Origin: Octopus vulgaris
Taxonomy: Eukaryota
Reading direction: 5' to 3'
DNA: 64,000 nucleotides
Assembly: GCA_951406725.2 (NCBI GenBank)
Contig: OX597830.1
Span: 57,722,001 to 57,786,000 of the forward strand
Part shown: in pieces, positions 1-64,000 of the stretch
Layout: each line of letters begins with the position of its first letter
How positions within the stretch are numbered: the stretch's first letter is position 1
Position numbers and translations under genes: made by a program
Notes under the pieces: generated by a model
Seen by the model: the letters and a program-made list of their open reading frames with translations, nothing else
Databases searched by the model: none
Told to the model about the DNA's origin: nothing

Positions 1-270
1 AGTTCTGTTCCTGGTGGTGTATTGTGATCTTGAGCAAGACACTTAATTTCACATTACTCCAGTCCACTCAGCTGGCAAAAATGAGTTGTACTTGTAATTC
101 AAAGGGCCACTCATGTCACATTCTGTATCACACTGAGTCTCCCTGAGAACTACATTAAGGGTACGTGTCTGTGGAGTACTCAGCCACTTGCACATTAATT
201 TCATGAGCAGGCTATTCTGTTGATTGGATCAACTGGAACCCTCATTGCTGTGACTGATGGAGTGCCATGC
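1..270 (+). mobile_element. tRNA-derived SINE family B (related copies near 15470-15790, 21655-21945 and 34535-34860 minus)
   Basis: Shared body CTTGAGCAAGACACTT...CCAGTCCACTCAGCTGGCAAAAATGAG...GCTCAGCCACTTGCAC; (CA)n tail. Confidence 0.7.
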
Positions 271-309
271 ACACACACACACACACACATATATAAATAT
301 AATTATTAT

Positions 310-690
310 TAAGTTGATAGCCTATTTTAGTTTCACAAATGGCTGAGCTATTCATGACTGTGGGGACAGGAGAGATATCTGGAGTTTATATAGGATTCAG
401 TTAAAGTTAGGCGTGTTAAAGTGATGTGTAGCTACAGTCATGGTGTTCTTGGTTGTGTGTACCCACTGAACAATGCTTTCAACTTCTCCTTTCATGTTGT
501 AAGCAATGAAAAGCTGGTTTGATGTTCTCAGGATGCATGTTTGTGATATTCGTGTGCAGAAGGTTAAAGCTGTTCGAAGTAACAAGTTGGTCGTTCATGT
601 GAAGAAGCAAAAGCATTGCATCCAAAATTGAACCTCAGGGTACACCTGAGTTGATACATTGGGATTCAGAACATGGCCAGACACGAAAAT
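310..690 (-). pseudogene. Possible very degenerate Penelope-like GIY-YIG remnant
   Basis: Minus ORF ending ...TKNTMTVATHHFNTP resembles the VAxHFN motif that follows GIY-YIG in Penelope-like elements; weak. Confidence 0.3.
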
Positions 691-694
691 TCAT

Positions 695-1024
695 TAGAAA
701 ATTACTATTTTTAAATCTCACAATGAGAGATATTCAGCAACAGTACTTTGGAGTAAAGATTGTTTGCCAACATAACATGGCAGTCCTGGTTTAGGACGAA
801 TGTTGCTGTAATTTAGCCCCAGGAGACATCGTCACCAGCTGGCTATATGACACGATCTGTGTCCTTATATTTTTGAACAAGGGAATCTAGTACCCCGACT
901 CAGCTCAAAACATTATCTGTGTTTTGAGCTGAGTGGGGGTGCTAGATTCCCTTGTTCGAAAATATAAGGACACAGATCATGTCATATAGCCAGCTGGTGA
1001 CGATGTCTCCTGGGGCTAAATTAC
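695..1024 (-). mobile_element. Fold-back insertion (105-bp inverted arms 808-912/920-1024) with ~10-bp target duplication; same family as 46086-46388
   Basis: Near-perfect palindrome with 7-nt loop; GAAAATTCAT (685-694) / GAAAATTAAT (1025-1034) flanks; terminal 29-mer shared with 46086 and 47834. Confidence 0.8.
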
Positions 1025-1569
1025 GAAAATTAATTTCCTAAAGTTAAGAGTCAGATGGAGCCCAAATGTGGAATATTTAGCTAGGAGGTTCTCATATAAG
1101 ACACAACTGAAAACTTTATTGCTGTTTAGAAACAAAAGGAATATTGCTTTTAACAAAGTTCTAAAGAGTAAAAGAGTATTGAAGGCTAACCTGGGCGACA
1201 AGTCTTTGGAGGAATTAGAAACTGAACAGGTAGTGAGTGAGTGAAGTAAATTTCAAGGTGACATAAGAAGTAGTCATATGTGATTGTTAAGTCATTGAGA
1301 TGTCGAAAGCAATTGAAGTAGTTAGCAGTTTGAGAGAGGGAGCCTTTCTGGAGAATAGGAAGCGTAGTAGTGAGAGGCAAAAACTGGAAGGTTTTAGTGG
1401 AGAAAGGAATTAATTCTGGGCTGAACTTAGGGGAGAAAGGATAGAAAACTTTTAAGATAGGTTGAAATGATAAGAAAAATTTTTGCACTAGTTGAAGGTA
1501 CGGAGAATGAAAGGGAGAGATAAGTTTGAGTGTTTGGAAGCAAAAAATGTAATGGTTTTGTCTGTAAAA

Positions 1570-1885
1570 ATCATCATCATCATTGTTGTCATTTAACGTC
1601 CGCTTTCCATGCTGGCATGGGTTGGACAGTTTGACTGAGGACTGGCAAGCCAGGAGGCTGCACCAGGCTCCAATCTAATCTGACAAAGTTTCTACAGCTG
1701 GATGCCCTTCCTAATGCCAACCACTCCGAGAGTGTAGTGGGTGCTTTTTATGTTCCACCAACACAGGACCAGTCAGCCAGCACTGGCATAGACCACGCTC
1801 AAGTAATGCTTTTTACATGCCAATCAAGCAGTACTGTTGTCAGCCACGATAATGACTTCACTTGGCTCAACAGGTTTTTGCAACG
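1570..1885 (-). mobile_element. RTE-LINE-related 3' end / non-autonomous repeat with (ATG)n tail (about 20 copies in window)
   Basis: CATCATCAT-TTAACGTCCGCTTTCCATGCTGGCATGGGTTGGA...GGATGCCCTTCCTAATGCCAACCAC motif; contiguous with RTE RT remnants at 13300-14040 and 29015-30348. Confidence 0.75.
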
Positions 1886-2007
1886 TTATTTAAAAAGCCA
1901 TCCTAGTTGAGTAGTGGTGCATAGGAGATATGGTAAAATCAGTAGAGACTCTTTTAGCAATAGACTAGAATGCCTTACCACACTTTGGGAGCCAGGGAAA
2001 CTTGAAA

Positions 2008-2385
2008 GGAGTGGCTGTGCGGTAAGTAGCTTGCTCCCCAACCACATGGTTCCGGGTTCAGTCCCACTGCGTGGCACCTTGGGCAAGTGTCTTCTACTAT
2101 AGCCTCGGGCCGACCAAAGCCTTGAGTGGATTTGGTAGACGGAACCTGAAAGAAGCCTGTCGTATATATGTATATATATGTGTGTGTGTCTTTGTCCCCC
2201 CAACATCGCTTGACAACCGATGTTGGTGTGTTTACGTCCCCGTAACTTAGTGGTTTGGCAAAAGAGACCGATGGAATAAGTAGTAGGCTTACAAAGAATA
2301 AGTCCTGGGGGTCGATTTCCTCGACTAAAGGCGGTGCTCCAGCATGGCCGCAGTTAAATGACTGAAACAAGTAAAAGAGTAAAAG
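2008..2385 (+). mobile_element. tRNA-derived SINE family A (copies near 3215-3535 minus, 12845-13240, 28832-28990, 45380-45775, 52150-52580, 52930-53275 minus, 55280-55648 minus)
   Basis: A-box TGGCTGTGCGG, B-box GGTTCAGTCCC, CORE-like CCTTGGGCAAGT, internal TA/TG microsatellite, AAAAGAGT tail. Confidence 0.8.
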
Positions 2386-3699
2386 AGAGAGAGTAATGCA
2401 TTCTTTGTTTTCTTGTTGGCTGATTTATCTGAGTTGTGGTGGTAAATTCCACTGAGTTGGTAAGAGGAAAAAGATTCTCTGAACATGTTGGATGCAGTAC
2501 TGTCGACTGAAAAGTCTATGTTTAGAGACATAGCATTAGTCACTCAATTAGTCGTCTCAGATGGGTTGGAGTGAAGTGCATCAACAACTAAGTGTGACCA
2601 ATGGATGTCAGAGCTGGAATTGTATGGTAAAGGAGATGTGAAATCAATTACTTTGACCAGGCAGCAATCGTTCCATCTGACAGAGGAAGGAATGGTGATG
2701 CAGGATAGAGGAAGGGTTTAGAGGTAAGAGAATGTTTATAGAGTCAGTGTATTAGTCAGGGATACAGAGAAATGTGGATACTCCTGTTTGGTGTAAACTA
2801 TTTAGAATAGTAAACAAGTTGATCCCTATACCAGTGAAAGAAATAGTGTGAAGGCCACAGGAGCCAGCTGTACTTAAGTCAGCATAAATGTTTAAGGCTT
2901 TATATAAAATTGTAAACAACCTGGATACAAAGGAAGGGCAAGTGTCCACAAAGTCTTAAATTTCATGCAAGAGACTTACTATAATACTTTCCAATATATC
3001 CTTCGTCAACTCATTTGCAGGAAATTGGCCAAAATGCTTTGCTGTATTTAGTTACGTCTCTTTACATTCTGAGTTCAAATCTCACTGAGATTGATAAAAT
3101 AAGTACAAGTTAAGCTCTGGGATCGATTAGCATTCTATAAGGCATCTTCAATGTGAGCAGAATTATTAAATAACTCATCTAATTCCACATAACACTTTCA
3201 GGATCATTGTTGATTTACTCTTTTACTTGTTTCAGTCATGTGACTGTGGCCCTGCTAGAGTACCGCCTTTAGTCGAACCTAGTACCTATTCTATCAATCT
3301 CTTTTGTCAAACTGCTAAGTTACGGGTATGTAAACACACCAGCATCAGTTGTCAGGCGATGTTGGGGAGACAAACACACATATATATATACGATGGGCTT
3401 CTTTCAGTTTCACTCACAAGGCTTTGGTTGGCCCGAGGCTATAATAGAAGACACTTGCCCAAGGTGCCATGCAGTGGAACTGAACCCGGAACCATGTGTT
3501 TGGTAAGCAAGCTACTTACCACACAGCCACTCCTGTGCCTATGATTTGTTGATGAAGCTGAAGCAAGTTGTTAAAAAAACCTGTTACTTAATGCCGAAAT
3601 AGGGGGGGCAATGTTTCGTTTTAGGATTCAGCAAGTGAAACTACTGAAGTCGCAAGAAACTCGTCGGTGAAATGCAAGTGACGTAGCAAAATGAAAGTA

Positions 3700-4068
3700 A
3701 AACAAGAGCACTCAGAGAGCATAAACCTCTGTCATGGGAACACCAACGTCCTCCCAATGTTTAGTCAGAGATGATTTTTAAAATGAGAATATCTGAAATA
3801 AACTCGACTGCTCCCACAAACGAGAATACTAAAAATTAACCCGATCGCTCTCAAGAATTAAGTAAAAAAAAACAGGGAAAATAACCCAGAATTCTTGTCC
3901 GGCACCGAGTCGATTCCAAAATCTAATCAGTTCGTGCTAGTCACGAGGCCAAACATCCCTGAAAGTTTCATTCCAATCCATCCAGCAGTTCTTGAGATAT
4001 CTTGTCCACGGACAAACACGACAGAAAACAAAACCTCCAACGCGCCTTCGCTAAGGTAGAGGTAATAA
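3700..4068 (-). mobile_element. Helentron-associated (DINE-1/HINE-like) non-autonomous element
   Basis: Reverse complement of the 18941-19300 copy; terminal hairpin GCACTC-AGA-GAGC. Confidence 0.6.
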
Positions 4069-4219
4069 TGCTTGGTGATATTCGACAGAACTCGGCAATG
4101 ATTTGAAACTGGGTTTAAACTGAAGATATATTCCAAAGATGTTTTATATATTGAAGAAATAGCTTGCAATTTTCCACATCAAGCGGCCATAAAAATTGGG
4201 CATGACAACACCGAATAAA

Positions 4220-4400
4220 GCAGCGAGCTGGCAAAACCGTTAACACGCCGGACAAAGTTCTGAGTTCAAATTTCGCCCAGATCGACCTTGCCTTTAATCC
4301 TTTCGGGGTCAATGAAATAAGTACTAGTTGCGCACTGGGGTCGATCTAATCGACTGGACTCCATCTCGAACAAGCTGGCCTAGCGTCAAATTAGGTAGCG
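4220..4400 (+). mobile_element. SINE family C with Nin/Deu-like central domain (copies near 5860-6035, 14664-14892 minus, 18550-18940, 19315-19480, 33990-34440 minus, 37310-37520 minus, 55705-55920 minus, 56540-56735 minus)
   Basis: GCGAGCTGGCA...GAGTTCAAAT B-box followed by GCCTTT(C)ATCCTTTCGGGGTC..AAATAAGTAC domain. Confidence 0.7.
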
Positions 4401-4720
4401 ATATGATGTAATGCATTTGGACGTGTTACGTATGCAGGCATTATCAAAGTGCTTAGATAAGATTCAGTGATGTTTCATTTTATGACCATAAAACGAAATA
4501 TTAACCAAAATTGAAACTGTACAAACGGTACACAAGCTAAAACCCTTCGGCCATCTAAACGAGGCTTGCACCAAGTTTGTAATAGGCATAAGTTGTGAAA
4601 TGTCTGTCCCGTTTCAACTGGTTATAAACCCAGCCAGCCATGCAACTGCACATAATATATATTTTAATAATCAGTGCTACATACAATTTATGAATGGGTT
4701 ATGGGTATATATATATATAT

Positions 4721-5106
4721 GGCAATCTTTCGTCTCTAGTAGACCTTTCCCTCGCTTTCCGTAAAAAAATTTTTTTTTTTACATATGGGCTTGCGGGAAC
4801 TTTTGAAGCAATGAGAGCGAAAGAGACTAAGAGAAAGCGATTGTATGACGAGGGAAGTTCTTTTGAAGTTACCGTGCATGGGAAGCATTGATGTACATGT
4901 GTGTGTGTGTGTTTGATGGGGTATGGGAGACAGACAGTATGTTGTGTAAGTGAAGTGCTTCTGTTAGTGTGTGTGAAGAGACAGAGAGAGAGTAATGTGT
5001 CTCTTTCGCTCTCATTACTTCAAAAGTTTCCGCAAGCCCATATGTAAAATAAAAAATTTTTTTTACGGAAATCGACGGAAAGGTCTACTAGAGACGAAAG
5101 ATCGCC
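4721..5106. mobile_element. MITE with ~105-bp terminal inverted repeats inserted in (TA)n
   Basis: GGCAATCTTTCGTCTCTAGTAGACCTTTCC... pairs with ...GGAAAGGTCTACTAGAGACGAAAGATCGCC; TA repeats on both sides. Confidence 0.85.
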
Positions 5107-6152
5107 ATATATATATATCGTGTACTTCTTACAAGTAACTGAACAGTGTAATAGAACTAGAATGATTTATAAAACAAGGTATTGTTCATCAAAAGTTCCA
5201 TTATTTTACCTCTAACACAATCTCCAAGCCCTTGTCACCTTCTTGCAGAGAATATGTTATCGAAACAGGGAAGATGGTCATTTATGCGGATTTGCAATTT
5301 CACATTTGCGCACTCCTTCCTTAGCCATATGTTGTGCAAAAATACACACACACATGGAGAGGGGCTTCTTGCATTTAACATTCAGTAACAGGATCTTTTG
5401 GTAACCTGAATTTGAATCACTTCTGATGCAAGAATACAAACATTCAAAAGTTGAGTTTCCACCCCTTTCACTTGACCTTCCCCACCCCTTAAAAATGCTG
5501 AGGCTAGATTTTTCATATTAAAAAATAAAGGATCACTAATATTCTAGAAAAGAAGAGGAATGCCACAAGTTTTCCTTTCCTTTCGTTTAAAAATCGTAAT
5601 TTCAATTCCCGTGAAATAATTATCACAAGTTCATGAATACAGCCACCTTAAAATACCAAATAAAAATGTTTTAGTTTAAATAAATGTGACTTTTTTGATA
5701 AAATAAATATAAAAAAGTTTGATGTGAGGCTTGTCAAAAACATTTTTTTTTGTCATAATCAGATTTTCATTTACTGTTTTAACTTTAATTCTATCGCAAT
5801 TAAAGACGAGAGGCTTAACCGAAACTTGTTAATACCCTTAATGTTTTCAATTGTTGTAAGGCGGCGAGCTGGCCGAAACGTCAGCACGCCGGGTGAAGTG
5901 CTTTGCGCTATTTCGTCTGTCATTTCTTTCTGAGGTCGACTTTGCCTTTCAGGGTCGATAAATTAAGTACAAGTTGCGTATTGAGGTCGATGTAATTGAC
6001 TGCCTCCCTCCCCGCAAATTTCGGGCCTTATGCCTAATCCGTTTATATTTTCTACGTTTCTTCTTTCTGCTGAAGTCTAGGTTGAAATTAGAATCCGGCT
6101 TATAGATTCGAGGCTGGTGTAACACTAAAAAAGTTAAGTTTAGAATAAATTA

Positions 6153-6155
<3 letters not shown>

Positions 6156-6194
<39 letters not shown>
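6156..6194. repeat. (AG)n microsatellite
   Basis: Direct reading. Confidence 0.95.
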
Positions 6195-6198
<4 letters not shown>

Positions 6199-7077
6199 AT
6201 GTTTAACAAAAAGTGAAAGAAAAATAATTGGAGTCGAATTTGAACGATGTCAAAAATTGTTTCCTCCTCAAAATATACATCGAAAAAGATGTAAAGTAAA
6301 AACAAGTAGGCCTGAACAAGCTCCAATTCTATTACATAATCAGAAGCAAATTTGATTTCATACTAACAGAGAATTTAATAAATGGTGTCTTTTTTCTTTC
6401 TTTCTACATATATGATCTGTAGTTGAATACACAGACTTACTGTGACCAAAGATATGAGAAACGAACTGCGTCACTATATGCGTATGAATGTAAATAGTAT
6501 TGGATTTCGTTTTCCGGAAAACTAATTCCATTCGTTATTTTAGCGATTTGAATAGAATTGAATTGTCTTTCGTTCACGTTTTCTCGCGATAAATAAAACG
6601 AGTGACAACGATTTAAAAAAAACAAAAACCCTACAGAAGTTCCAGCTTTCTGAGATAACACCGACGACACTTCAATAATGAACCAAGCAAACATGACAAA
6701 TTAATGGTTAATTTTCGATGATTGCATATTTTGAAAAGAGAAATTATGGTACAGGTGCACAATGAACGATACAAATTTTTTTTTTAATGTGGTTAGTATA
6801 AGCGAAATTAAATACGCGACAAAAGAAAACTTGTCGAAATTCTTATGAAGCTCAAGACAGCCAATAATGCTTAGTCTCACTTAAAAGATGAGATTGCTTC
6901 TTGGTTTAGATATCCAAGAAGTGCATGGCAATCACAAATATACAGTTCAGGGTTAAATTTACTTGCCAAACTTTAGTGACAAATATTGCACCATTTCGAG
7001 TCGGCGAATATGTGGTTTCGTTTTCCGCTACGGTTGCAAAGTATAGTTTTTTATAAATCCGTTTGAGACTCATAAAA

Positions 7078-63920
<56,843 letters not shown>

Positions 63921-64000
63921 TGAAATATTTTTGGCTTTTTCTTGCTTAAAAATTTAATATTAATTGTAATGTATGGTCTGTGAGACTGATGGATTGACAA

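Noticed and set aside
2008-2075. tRNA gene
   Set aside because: A/B boxes are present but continue into a SINE body; no complete cloverleaf seen
1886-3544. Recurrent short ORFs such as RRHLPKVPRSGTEPGTMWL and WMPFLMPTT
   Set aside because: Chance translations of high-copy SINE/LINE-tail sequence, not genes

Overview
AT-rich, repeat-dense eukaryotic genomic DNA. The repeat families suggest a cephalopod, probably octopus (inference). One large + strand gene dominates the window: SMC5 (structural maintenance of chromosomes 5). I traced 23 coding exons by hand from ATG 7078 to 63914, all with GT-AG introns and consistent phases, totalling 989 codons. They include Walker A GPNGTGKS, Q-loop FLPQEK, the hinge region, signature QSGGE and Walker [10 protein letters not shown]; the 3' end lies beyond the window. 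The introns are filled with tRNA-derived SINEs, RTE/CR1/Tx1-like LINE remnants, Helitron and Helentron-type elements, piggyBac, Tc1/mariner and hAT derivatives, and microsatellites. The most unusual signal is a set of at least four unrelated non-coding repeat families carrying type-I hammerhead-ribozyme-like folds. Several have very long stem II arms and palindromic (dimer-type) stem III loops, with covariation between copies. They occur with Penelope-like inverted ends and target duplications; one is fused to a tRNA-like head and one encloses a restriction-like-endonuclease (HERO-type) ORF. All family assignments and RNA folds were made by eye, without database searches; repeat boundaries are approximate.
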